From Octopus sinensis (taxonomy: Eukaryota): a stretch of DNA of 64,000 bases. Location of the stretch: the NCBI RefSeq assembly GCF_006345805.1, contig NC_043012.1, positions 29,636,001-29,700,000 of the forward strand. Direction: 5' to 3'. The notes beneath the pieces are model-generated. The model searched no databases and was not told the DNA's origin. It worked only from the letters and a program-made list of their open reading frames with translations. Shown here in pieces: positions 11,701 through 23,262 of the stretch (position 1 is the first letter of the stretch; each line of letters starts with the position of its first letter). The position numbers and the translations under genes were made by a program.

Positions 11701-14207
11701 GTCTTCTATTTAGGTGAATTTTTTATTTTTATTTTTTAATTTTTTTCTGTATTTTATCAGATTGGAAGTAAGTGCCGTGACCCTTAACAAGGCCTCTGAT
11801 TCTGTTGAGAGGGGGGGGGGTATCCTTGAATTGGAGACCTGTCCTCAATGCTTGCAACGGTGGGACAGAATGACTGATTGGACAGTCAACCTACTTTGGC
11901 AAAAGTACATTTTGGCACTAGAGCCATAAAACACACACACACACACATATGCACACAGCAATATAAACATACAGTGAGGGAGAGCTGTAGAGATATTACA
12001 ATTTATTAGTTGAACACAAGTGATGTAAACACTTACCCCCTCCTCAAACACACAAATGGAAATGCGCTCACACACACAGAGAGGGGGAAAGAGAGACATT
12101 CAAATGGCTGATGTCAAATAAGTCAGCCTCACCCAAACAGTGGTGCCAAAATGTTACATAGCCTTGCAACTGAATGGAATCTACTTCAGACACCCAAGGA
12201 CCTGGTGGTAGTGTTAAAACAGGCGATGGATGAAATCTACCAACCATGTAGGTCATGGCAGGATTTGAACTCAGAACATAAAGTGTCAGAACAAATACTG
12301 CAATGTAACCCTTCTGCACCCTAATTTTTCAGTCAATCCAACACCCTAGGCTAGCATTATATGGACCCTGACAGAAATAAAGGCAAGATTTGAACTCGGA
12401 ATGCAACATACTGGAGTAAACACCACAAGACATTTCGTCTGATGCTCTACCAACTCTGCCAGTTCACTGATAAGGTTTTATTTAAATTTAAGGCTTTGAA
12501 TTGACAGAGCTGTTGGAGAGTTGTGATTCCCTCTGCATTCTGAGTTCAAATCACACCAAGGTCTACTTTGTCTTTCAGCCTTTCAGGGCCAATAGATATA
12601 AAAAGGATTCATCCATGATGGTGAGTAGGTAAGATGCCCTGTGGTTTTCGTTGTAATCCTTCGGGTTCTGACAGCAATGTCTGTGATGATGCTTGGTCCA
12701 AGCTGTGTTGGGTAAACTTTGGCAGCATGGAGGTTGGGCTGACTTGCATACACAGCCAACTGATAGGCTTCCTAAAAAAGTAAAACAACTTTCCTAAGCC
12801 TACCCATACGTGTGCAGATGCATGGTCTGTCTGCACTAATAAAGCCCAATGTTAAGTGACGATACACACACACACACACAAAAGATGGGCCTCTTTCAGT
12901 TTCCATGTAACAAATTCACTCACAAGGCATTGGCTGGTCCTGGAGCTATCATGAAGGCACTTGCCCATGGTGTCACACTGTAGCACTGAACCTGGAAGCA
13001 TGGGGTTGGGAAGTAAATGTCTCAACATCATCTCTGCTGATTCTCATGCCATATAACTTTAGATTCTGTGAACTATTCACGAGATTTTGGTAGGCATAAA
13101 CCAATCCTGTTCTGGTGTAGAGAAGGACTTGAATAATATGACAGTCAGGTATATGTTCGGTATGTCATCTGGGGTGACTGTGGGGCTGGGGGTATAATCC
13201 AAGTAAGATTGTGATATCACAGTTAGGATAATGAAACAAGATATGGACATGAGTCAGTAAAGGAGCCTCTATGTAGTCACACAATCTGCTAGAAATAGCA
13301 GCCAGATTTTCCTCAAATTTGAAACAATGAAGGGCACATGGCATAATGTAGTCATGGTTGCAGTTCTTTAAATGACAGGTCTTTTAGTGATTGGCATTGA
13401 TCAAAGAGTGGGTTTTCTCTCTCTCTAATATTTTCATCTTCATCACCACCACCCATCATTGTTATCATCCTCAGTCATCACTTTCATTGTAGTTATCTTT
13501 TTTATTTTATTCATCATCATCCAGTGTTTTAAATCTGGGTTTTGTCCCCATTAATGGGGGTGGCCAGATCTACCTCAAAGCCATAGCAACTGCCCCTCAC
13601 ACCATCTCGCCATCTTGCCCAGTTTTAGGCATCGTCCCTTCTCATGCCAACCCTCCCAATCTCCTCCTCCACCTGTCCCCTCCACATTTTCCTCAGTCTA
13701 CCTCACTTTCTCAGTCCATTTACCTCAAACTCTAGCACCCTCTTCAGAATATGCTCCTCATCCTTCCTCAACACACCCCCATACCACCACACTCCATTTG
13801 CCCTTGCCAGCTGTTCCACCGATTCCTCCAACCCCAGCATCCCCATCAAATCCTCAGTCCCCCTCTTTGTTAAATGTTATGTCTAACTTTAGTATAAAGC
13901 TACATATTTTGAGGGCTAGATTTTCAAATATTGATCCAAGTACATAACTGGTACTTTATTGACCTTGAAGAAATGGAAAGCATTGACAAGACTAACATGG
14001 AACTTAAAAAGAACATTTTCTCTTACAAATCATTATTTTTGGTCAATGTGATGACTTTGTCCACAACAGGGTCACATGTCTCACTGTGAATGTTATCTGT
14101 CCTACCACAGTGTTGTCCATCTCACTCCAATGCTAATATATCCTAATTTAGTGTCCAGTCTGACAATGTATTCTCTCTATTTAACAATGTATTCTCTCTA
14201 TTTTCAG

Positions 14208-14300
14208 GAACCGCCATATCATCGTCCCTCTTCCACCTCAACTCAACTTTCACAAATCCGTGACTCACCACATTCAGATGAGCGCAACACCACCATTACA
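14208..14300 (+). CDS. Candidate coding exon (phase 0/0) of the SOBP-like gene: EPPYHRPSSTSTQLSQIRDSPHSDERNTTIT
   Basis: Acceptor TCTCTCTATTTTCAG (AG 14206-07) and donor ACA|GTAAGT (14301). 93 nt, open, CpG-rich relative to flanks, joins in frame to 33848. Confidence 0.6.
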
Positions 14301-15083
14301 GTAAGTGTCTCTCTTCCTTTCATCTCCTCCTCTCTCTCTTTGTATCTCCCTATCTATCCTTATTCCTCTTTATGCTCTTCCTTTCTTCCCCTCCTTTCTC
14401 TCTCTTTGTATCTATCTTTTTATACTCTTCCTCCCCCTCTTGTAAACTTGTTATGGCCCACTGGACCAGTGATTGTGTTCAGTTTCTCTGGTGTTCAACA
14501 GATGAGAGACAAAACTCTCCCTGGATAGGACTTCAGTCTGTTGCTGCAGCAAGAGAAGTTGAATTCATCAATTATTCACAACCATTTCATTGCACCTGTT
14601 TACAGCTCAGTAGACTGGGTCACAGACATGATGTGATGCTGCTGTGCTGATGATGTGTGGAGAACCAGAAGGACACAACTTGTATATAAACAGACGACTG
14701 TTCCACTGGTCTGTAGTAGTGACTGTCTTGAGATCGGTTCATATTAAGACGTGTCAAGTACAGGTTGAGGGAATAAAGAGTTGCCACACTTGTTGGTACC
14801 ATCAGCAGAACAGGTTCAATCTCACCAACAATGGTAGGTTATGGGTGGGGGAGTTTGCACTATAATATAATATTAGATAGATAGATAGACAGACAGACAT
14901 CAGTGAGTGTGTGCAAAATGAAAGTAATGAACAGAAAAAGGTGAAACGGGAGGAAAAAGTTTTAACAAATGTTGTATTAGTTTAACTCTTGAAAAGAAAG
15001 GAGTCTTGATGTTTCGGATGCTTTCAGAAGATAGAAAAGAAAAACAAAGGAATGTAATGAATAAGAAAAAGTGGTAAATATTG

Positions 15084-15460
15084 TTTGCCAACATAACATT
15101 ACAATCCTGGTTTAGGACGAATGTTGCTGTAATTTAACCCCAGGAGACATCGTCTCCAGCTGGCTATAAGACACGATCAATGTCCTTATATTTTCGAACA
15201 AGGGAATCTAGCACCCCCACTCAGCTCAAAACAATATCTGTTTATTGCGATTTCTGGGTTATTTCTCTTCATTAGCTCAGAGTAACCCAGAAATCATGGT
15301 AAACAGATATTATTTTGAGCTGAGTGGGGGTGCTAGATTCCCTTGTTCGAAAATATAAGGACACAGATTGTGTTGTATAGCCAACTGGAAACGATGTCTC
15401 CTGGGGCTAAGTTACAGCAACATTCGTCCTAAACCAGGATTGCCATGTTATGTTGGCAAA
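15084..15460. mobile_element. Fold-back / MITE-like long inverted repeat (about 180-bp arms, about 13-nt spacer)
   Basis: Left arm TTTGCCAACATAACAT...GATTTCTGGGTTA is the reverse complement of the right arm. About 16 mismatches counted by eye (about 91% identity). No TSD found. Confidence 0.85.
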
Positions 15461-15959
15461 ACTCTTTACTCCAAAGTACTGTTGCTGAATATCTCTTGTT
15501 ATGGGATATAAAAATAGTAATTTTCTAAGAAAAAGTGGTTAGAGAGGGGAAAAAGGGGGAATTAGGGTCCAGGCTGAAGATCACCGTGGCATAAAACACA
15601 AGTTGAGACAAAATATCAGTTTCTATAAAAAAAATTTTTTTTAACCATATCCTCTACAACAAGTATTGAACACTCTTTTCCTATTCATCCAGCATACAAA
15701 CATTTGTTGATAAGACACAGTTCTTCTTCGTTTACTAAATGTTCAAAAAATGGTGAGACATTTCTATCAGTAGCAGGAAACTAATTGATGTCACTATGTC
15801 ATACTAATTGTAGAACAGTTGTGAGAAGGGGCTATAAGAAGGGTACCATCTCATGTCACAGTTGACACTAGTTCTAATTCAGGGTGCCTCTCTGTACCAC
15901 TCTGTTGTGGATTAGTGTACCCCTTCATACCTTCAGTTAGTAATATTCTTATTTCAGAG

Positions 15960-16200
15960 AGCTACCCCATCCATGCCAATGTTTGTGTCAAGGTACCACC
16001 ACCATCCCCATTCTGTGCACCAGGAGATGGCACTAGGTGTTGATCAAGATACCATCTCATGCTGCCAGTTTGTACAAGTTATGGCGCAGGGTACCCCTCA
16101 TACCAACCAACCTTTAGCACTAGTTGTGTTCCTGTTGTTGGGTCACCATTCATCCCTTGCTGCCCACTTGTCTCTTCACCATTTTTGAAGACAATTGTCC
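15960..16200 (-). mobile_element. Possible very old RTE-like 3' fragment
   Basis: Scattered minus-strand residues (KWAARD.W...GW....G.P...W.DEM...AQNGDGW) loosely resemble the RTE C-terminus. Many stops and frameshifts. Confidence 0.3.
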
Positions 16201-16336
16201 ACTTGCCTTCCTTTTCCTCTCTCTCCACCAGACCACTGTCTACTTATCTACCACACACACACTCACTCCCATATATCACCATAGACAAATACAAACAGGA
16301 ATGTGTGTGTCTAAGTATGGGTTTTACTCCTGTTTG

Positions 16337-16371
<35 letters not shown>

Positions 16372-17314
16372 AACATACATGTATATATATATTGTCATTT
16401 GATAATTGCATAGAGGTGGGGGTCAGAGAATAAGTGAGTGGCAACAGAGAGAAAGAGAGAGGGGAGGTAAGACTGGTGCGTAGGCTTTGACTTCACACCT
16501 TTTCAGTTGTATTAAGTGTATCACAGGTGAACATTTCTCAAATAACTCCGCTTTTAGGTCACTCCCTCCCCTAAATAAACTCCTTACCACACAATAATCT
16601 TGACCTAAACTGTTTTAAAATTATAAACCTCTTTCTTTACCCTTGCACTTGTATTTCTCTGACTTGTTCCAGCCCTTTCTTTTACCCCATCAATGCCATA
16701 TTCTTGTCTTCATGCTTTACCATTTTCCTAACCCCTTGCTGTCAATAGTTTAGTAATTCCTCCTGAAATTGCCTTCACCTAATCAATGCTAGCCGAAAAT
16801 GAGCCGACACCTATCTCTTGTCTACTTTATTACAGTGAAATCAGAGCCAGGGTCCCAGGGACTTCCTTTTAATTGACTCCTCAGGGTTTTAGAAAGAATA
16901 GATTTATACTTTCTTTTATTTTCTTATTCACAGAAATAGTTGTAATAGATACTATGAGGTGGTGTAGCATACCAATGTTGGGAGAGAGAAGAGCAGGAGC
17001 ACCTGTTGTTGTTGTTGTTGATGGTTGTGGTGGCGGTGGTGAGCTCTGGAGGAACAACTCTTTAACTAGAAACCTTCTAACCATGGCCATCCCATCTTCA
17101 GAGATTTTATATCTAGGACTACTGTCAGTTTTTACCTCTTACCTGTTTCAGTCATTGGGCTGTGCCCATGCTGGAGCACCACCAAACAAATCAACCCCAG
17201 TACTTATCTTTTAAAGTTTGGTACTTATTTTATTGTTCTTTTTTGCTGAACCTCTAAGTTATAAGAAGTAAACAAATCAACACCACATATGTGTGTGTGT
17301 ATATATATATATAC

Positions 17315-17438
17315 ACATGGTTCTGGGTTCAGTCCTGCTGCATGGCACCTTGGGCAAGTGTCTTTTACTATAGCCTTGGGCTGACCAAAGCTTTGTGAGT
17401 GGATTTGGTAACTAGGAACTGAAAGAAACCCATTGTAT

Positions 17439-17472
<34 letters not shown>

Positions 17473-18360
17473 AGGACCTGGGTATCTTGGTGGATTCTTC
17501 CTTTTCGACTTCGGCCCAGTGCGTCCATGCTGCCAACAAAGCACGCGGAGTTCTGTTTTTGATTCGACGGTCATTCGGAATGCTCACAGCAGCCATATTC
17601 CTACCGCTCTATGTCACGCTGGTGAGACCCATATTGGAGTACGGGATTCAAGCCTCTTCTCCTTATCTCCTCAAAGACATACATCATCTCGAAAGAGTCC
17701 AGAAGCTGGCTATCCGCATGGTTCTTGGTCTCAAGCATTTGTCTTATGAAGAAAGGCTGAAGACGCTCGACCTTTATTCTCTAGAAAAACAACGACGCCG
17801 TGGTGATCTCATTCTTGCTCACCACATCATAAGCGGAAAGTGTAACCTCTCGAAAGAGCTGTTCTTCACTCCTGCTCCAGAGCGTCGGCTGCGGGATCAC
17901 TCTGAAAAGCTCTATCTGCGACGATTTCATCTCAATCGAAGGAGAGGGGCTTTCTCCGTCCGGGTTGCGGATCCATGGAATAAGCTGCCGGACGAGATAG
18001 TGAAGATGCCGACGACCGCTCGGTTCAAAGTCTCTCTTGACCAGAAATTGCATGAACACCAACCTGTACATAACTCCATGTCCCCCTACATGGCCTTGCT
18101 TTTTGCTTTTTGAGCCAAAAAATTAACTTAACTTAACTTATATATATGCAAGTGTATGTTTGTGTTTGTCCCCCCAACATCACTTGACAACTGATGCTGG
18201 TGTGTTTACATTTCCGTAACTTAGCAGTTCGGCATAAGAGACCAATAGAATGAGTACTAGGTTTACAAAGAATAAGTCCTGAGGTTGATTTGCTTGAATA
18301 AAGGCAGTGCTCCAGCATGGCTGCAGTCAAATGACTCAAACAATTATAAGAATAAAAGAA
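17315..18360 (+). mobile_element. Family A SINE split by a CR1 insertion
   Basis: 5' half (GGTTCTGGGTTCAGTCC...GAAAGAAACCC) lies before 17470 and 3' half (GTTTGTCCCCCAACATCACTTGACAAC...GGCTGCAGTCAAATGAC) after 18140, in the same orientation. Confidence 0.85.
17472..18140 (+). mobile_element. 5'-truncated CR1-clade LINE (RT C-terminal region, stop-free) with (AACTT)n tail
   Basis: KDLGILVDSSF...KARGVLFLIRRSF...LYVTLVRPILEYG...LERVQK...YEERLKTLDLYSLEKQRRRGDLI...FSVRV..PWNKLP is the diagnostic CR1 C-terminus. Short tandem tail AATTAACTTAACTTAACTTA. Confidence 0.93.
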
Positions 18361-18726
18361 TACACACACACACACACCTGCATGCATCAGGCTTCCACAC
18401 AGTTTCCATCTACCAACCAAATTCATTCATAATGCATCAATAGACCCAGGGCTATAGTAGAAGGCATTTGCCCAAAGTGCCGCAAAGTGGGACTGATCCC
18501 AGAACCATGTGGTTATATAATGCTTCTTAAGCACACAGTGGGATATGTTTTGAGAGAGATTTGGTTGCTATTTCTTGCATGTTGAATGGTAGCAAAGTGA
18601 GTGTTCTCATAATTGACATTTGTTTTGTAAGGTAGCAGTGGTGAGTTCAAACCACCATTAGTCCACAGGTATTCATTGCACAGTGAAGGGGTTTGCTACA
18701 CATTCATTGTCTTTCGTAGTCTAGAC

Positions 18727-18893
18727 CAGCAGTTCCCAGCTATGGACCCCAGGGCCTCATGCAACCCTCGACTGTCTTCCCTCTATAAACATTTTTCTTT
18801 AATTTGTGTTTTACTTTTTTGACGTGTCCCCCCACCACCTCCTAATCAAGCTTTTGGATCCGACCTGGATATTAAAAAGGTTGAAAACCACTG
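18727..18893. mobile_element. hAT (Charlie-like) MITE
   Basis: Imperfect TIRs CAGCAGTTCCCAGC / GTTGAAAACCACTG and an 8-bp TSD GTCTAGAC / GTCTTGAC (7/8), matching the NTCTAGAN Charlie target. Confidence 0.8.
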
Positions 18894-20353
18894 GTCTTGA
18901 CACAAGACAAAAGTTTTCCCAGATTCTCCACCACCATCTCCATCCAAATCACTACCCTTCCCCTCACACACCCAACCCTCTAACCATCTCCCCACACACA
19001 CACACACACATCGTCCAAACTAAAAAACTGTTCCAAGTGAACTCTATTATTCCCATCTGTCAGATTCGTTAAAAAGCCCACAGATATTCTTTTATATCAG
19101 TCATAAGGACTTATATCAAAGAAGCAGGACGAGTGAGCCGAGCGTTAATTTAGCAAATGTTTTTATAAGGAAATCTGGTGCTAAAAGCACCGTTTGCTGT
19201 GGAAATGTTCAAGTGTTATTGCAGTATGCTCCCGGAGATGGGGGGAGGGAGATGGAAGTGCTAACTTCTCCAACAAGAGACCCTGGAAGTAATGGGATAG
19301 ATAGAAGCAGTCACCATTAACAGCCCATAAAAGAAAACATATGAAGAATGGTAAAAATAATTCTTTCTTCGTTGAAAGTTAGAAATGTTTTGGAATTTTA
19401 TCTGAAATTTCATTTTCTTTTTTTGTAACTGTGTTATGAAATAAGGAAGGGCTGAACTGCTGGTTGCTGTTGCTGTTGTTATGATGTATTGATTAGGGGC
19501 CAGAACAGTGTATGTATATATTCACACCATATATTATCATCATCATTGTCATTCTCATATAGTTTCCTCTATGTTGTCATAGGTGGATTGTTTGGGTCTG
19601 TAGCACTTCAGCTTCATAATCCACCTAGGTATGTTCACTGTGGTCAAATGTAATCCATATTAAGGGTGTCTGTAGTACTGTGTATCCTAGCGGGACTCCA
19701 GCTGTGTTCACTAAACAGTTCATTATCATTGTTTACCATTTGTTTCCATGCTGGTGTGGGTTGGATGGTCTGACAGGATCCAGCAAGCTTCAAGGTTGTG
19801 TTGAACTCTGATGTTGTTTACAATTCAGTTGTGTTCACTCTGAAACTGTGTGTCACTGTCTGGTTGTGTTTACTACCAGGCCATGTTCATCTAGTAATAA
19901 TGTTCACCACCAATTATATTCACTGACTGTGTTCACCATCTAGTTGTTTTTAATTTCCATCCAAGTTTACCACAAAACTTCTCCAAGTGGTGTTTGTTGT
20001 TCACTACATCTGTTCACTCAGTAATCATTCATTGTGTTATGTTCACTGTTTCGGTTCACAACTGGTCTTTTATGTTGTGTATTTGGTGGATTTACTCTTT
20101 TATTACCAACCCATCCAAGACCACCCCTGCTTCAATAATATAAGCTTCCCATTTGATTTAAATCAAAGCCTTCCATCCAAATTCCAGGATAATTTTGGTT
20201 CCAAACTCCAGCTCAAATAGCAACAAAGTTACTTGACTAAATTTTTTTATATCTACCTGTAATATTATAAATACAGTGTTTTAATCTAATTCAAGTGCAC
20301 CTGAGCACTGTATACAATAAGTTCATTAATTTTTCTTTTCATATCCTAGTGTC

Positions 20354-20580
20354 TTAACCTTTTTTTACACCAATCCACATAAGGCCACTCCTACTTCTAA
20401 GATATTTCATGTTTTAAAGTGATCTAAATTAAAACCTTCTATCAATTTTTTTTCATTTATTTTCCAAATATAAGGTAAATAATAACAAAATTATTTTACT
20501 AAATTCTTCATTTTTTTCAAACTCAAGTGAAATAAAAATGGCGTATTCCTGCAGAAATATACTTTCTTTGAAAGGGTTAA
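20354..20580. mobile_element. piggyBac-like MITE
   Basis: TTAA|CCTTTT ... AAAGGG|TTAA termini, consistent with a TTAA TSD and short CCCTTT-type TIR. AT-rich non-coding interior. Confidence 0.55.
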
Positions 20581-20929
20581 AATATGATAGGGTGTGATTT
20601 GAGGAAAATTTGACTGTTATTTCTACCAGATTGATTGACTCATTACAAGCTCCTTTGTTGGTTCATCTTATGATAAGAAAGAAGTTAGGGTGTGGAGTAT
20701 ATTTTATCACAGGCACCCTTAATGTGGAGTGTGTCTAACCACAAGTACATCTTTTAACGTGTTGCATTTGTTGTCCTAAGAGTTAAGGGTTTCGGACATG
20801 TGGTCCCTAATCTAGGGAATTAGGGAGTTTGTTGAGGGGAGATTTGGTTGTTACATCACACAACTTGATTTCTTGTAGCTGTTGTTGCCAGTGATGTGGT
20901 GTTTGTTTTAGTATTACTGTCGTTATGCA

Positions 20930-21752
20930 CAGGGTGCAGTGAATAAATTGTCGTCTAAATTACACAAAAATGAAAATAACACTGACATCTCATTTTAACA
21001 GGTAAATTTTCCAAAATTACATAAAAATATCTTGAAATACTAAAGAGGAAATTTATTCAAGAAAATTGCCATCGGCTTCAACCACGGCCTCCAGATGATT
21101 TCAGAATCTCCTGCAACTCTCCTGGACGGTCTCCTTGTTTAAGTTGGTGAATGCTGCCATAATCCTTGCCTTCAGTTCATCTTTGGTGTTACAAGGAGTA
21201 ATGTTGGTCTCTCGCTCAACTGCGCCCCACACACAATAATCTGGGGAATTAGGTAGCCAGATGTTAGGGGTGATGTGGTTGCAGAAATTGTCTGACAACC
21301 ATAACTGGGTTCTCCTGCTTGTGTGACATGGTGCAGAATTCTGTTGCCAGACATAGGGTCTTCCAGCAGCAACCCTTTTGACCCAGGGCAGCACTACCTC
21401 CTCCAGGAACTTGATAAGTTGAAAAGAGGCATAACGTCACCATCACGAATGATCACTCCAAACTCCATGATGTTGACTGGATGCTTGATTTTTATCACTC
21501 TCGGGACATGTCCTCAGATTGACACCCAAACACTCTGAAATGTTCGTATTGGAGCTTCCGGCACGAATGCCAAGTACTGCAGCATGTAGTTTCCAAATTT
21601 TTGTCAGAGTGAATTGTGTAGTAGTGCTGTTTTTCTCACAGAGGGTACCTAACCGACCCTACTATACTGTGTAGTTAACAAAATGAAAACAACCAATGCA
21701 CATGCGCGAAATTAAACATATAAAACGGTGACAATTTACCCATTCCACCCTG
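20930..21752 (-). mobile_element. Tc1/mariner maT (DD37D-like) internal-deletion derivative
   Basis: TIRs CAGGGTGCAGTGAATAAATTGTC / GACAATTTACCCATTCCACCCTG|TA. Minus strand encodes an N-terminal HTH piece (IRAGSSNTNISECLGVNLRT) fused to KHPVNIMEFGVI...YVWQQNSAPCHTSRRTQ.WL..NF...ITPNIWLPNSPD..VWGAVER. Confidence 0.85.
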
Positions 21753-22036
21753 TATATATGTCTGCATGTGTGTGTGTGTGTGTGTGTAGGTACAAGCATG
21801 GCTGTGTTGTTAGGAAGAATCTTGCTTCCCAAGCAGGGTTCTGAGTGTGGTGCCACTGTGTAACATCTTGGACAAGGATTTCCTACTATAGCCCAGACAT
21901 TGATTTTTGAGTAAAATTGGTAAATGAAAGTTAAAAGAAGCTCGTTGTGTGTGCGTGCACGTGTGTGTGTATATATATATATATATACACACACACACAT
22001 GTACATAGATACCTATATATATATATACACATACAT

Positions 22037-22071
<35 letters not shown>

Positions 22072-22162
22072 CACATACACACACACATGTATGAGCATAT
22101 AAATATATATATATCATCATTTAACATCTGTTGTCCATGCTGGCATGGGTTGGACAGTTATA

Positions 22163-22870
22163 TCTATATATATATAAAACTCAGCTTGTGTGTTTGTGTG
22201 TGTATCTGTGTGTGTCTCTGTGTGTTTAACTTCCCGGCACATCTCCTAGCCAACAAATCGTAGAACCACCAAAAATGGCTCACTTAAAGTTTAGGCGAAT
22301 GAAAATTGAACTGCGCTATTTCTGTTCCGAAATTCATCTCGCAAGTGCAAAAATCGATAATGTGTTTGTTTAGGCCTTATCCCATGCATTGAATAGTGAA
22401 CTTTACTCAGTCAGCTGTTTGACGTGAACTGTGTTCACCACGTGTGCAAGCATGCGTAAATTGCATGAAAAATAAAAAATCAAGATATAAAAGCGAATCG
22501 CCATAAACATTGTAGAAATTCGGCAAAGAAATGAATTTTCGGGATGTAGCCTGGAGGGTTTTTTCGTATTAATCGTTTGGACTTTGTGAACACATACCAA
22601 TTGTTTTCATAACATTTTTAACGCTTTGAATTAAATGTGACCATTTTGCGTTGAGTCTGCAGTTTGTATCACTTTAACAAAATTTTAGCAGGCCGGATTT
22701 TTGATCATCACGATACATCGCCAGTGACTTCCTGAAACTCTCCCCTGAAATACCCATTGAGAAATCTATATATATAAAACTCAACTTGTGTATCTGTGTG
22801 TGTGTCTGTGTGTTTAACTTTTGGATCTACCAAGTTTCATTATTAAGGATGGAAAGTAGTGTGTAGCAAA
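22163..22870 (+). mobile_element. Helitron-like non-autonomous segments (two 5' heads, no own 3' end)
   Basis: A|TCTATATATATAAAACTCA[G/A]CTTGTG...GTGTTTAACTT heads at 22163 and 22765. Confidence 0.6.
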
Positions 22871-23262
22871 TCTACATATATATAAAGCTGAAGTTGTCTG
22901 TGTGTGGCAGGTTTGGTAGCCTTTGACTAACAATATCTCCTTCGAGACCCTGCAGCGCAAGTTGACCAAATATGAGAGTATGATAGAAGAAGGCTTGCTC
23001 TTCATTCTGTAGAAGATAAAATTCACATCGGACCATGTTAACACCAAAAATTATTTACATCAAAAAGGTGCATTTTTTCTATGAAAATCCCTATTTTTTT
23101 ACGATTTTTGACTGCTGTGTCACCATTTTTCGGTGTATTTCAACTGGAAAAATGTTCACTTGAAGAGAATAACAAGTTGCATAATGCAAAATTTTTACTT
23201 TTCAAAAATTCCAATTCTAAAGGGTCGAAACAAACCCAAGCAATACCGGGTGATACTGCTAG
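22871..23262 (+). mobile_element. Non-autonomous Helitron
   Basis: 5' A|TC (TCTACATATATATAAAG), subterminal hairpin ACCC..GGGT (23234-23251), 3' CTAG|T. Inserted between A and T with no TSD. Confidence 0.8.
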
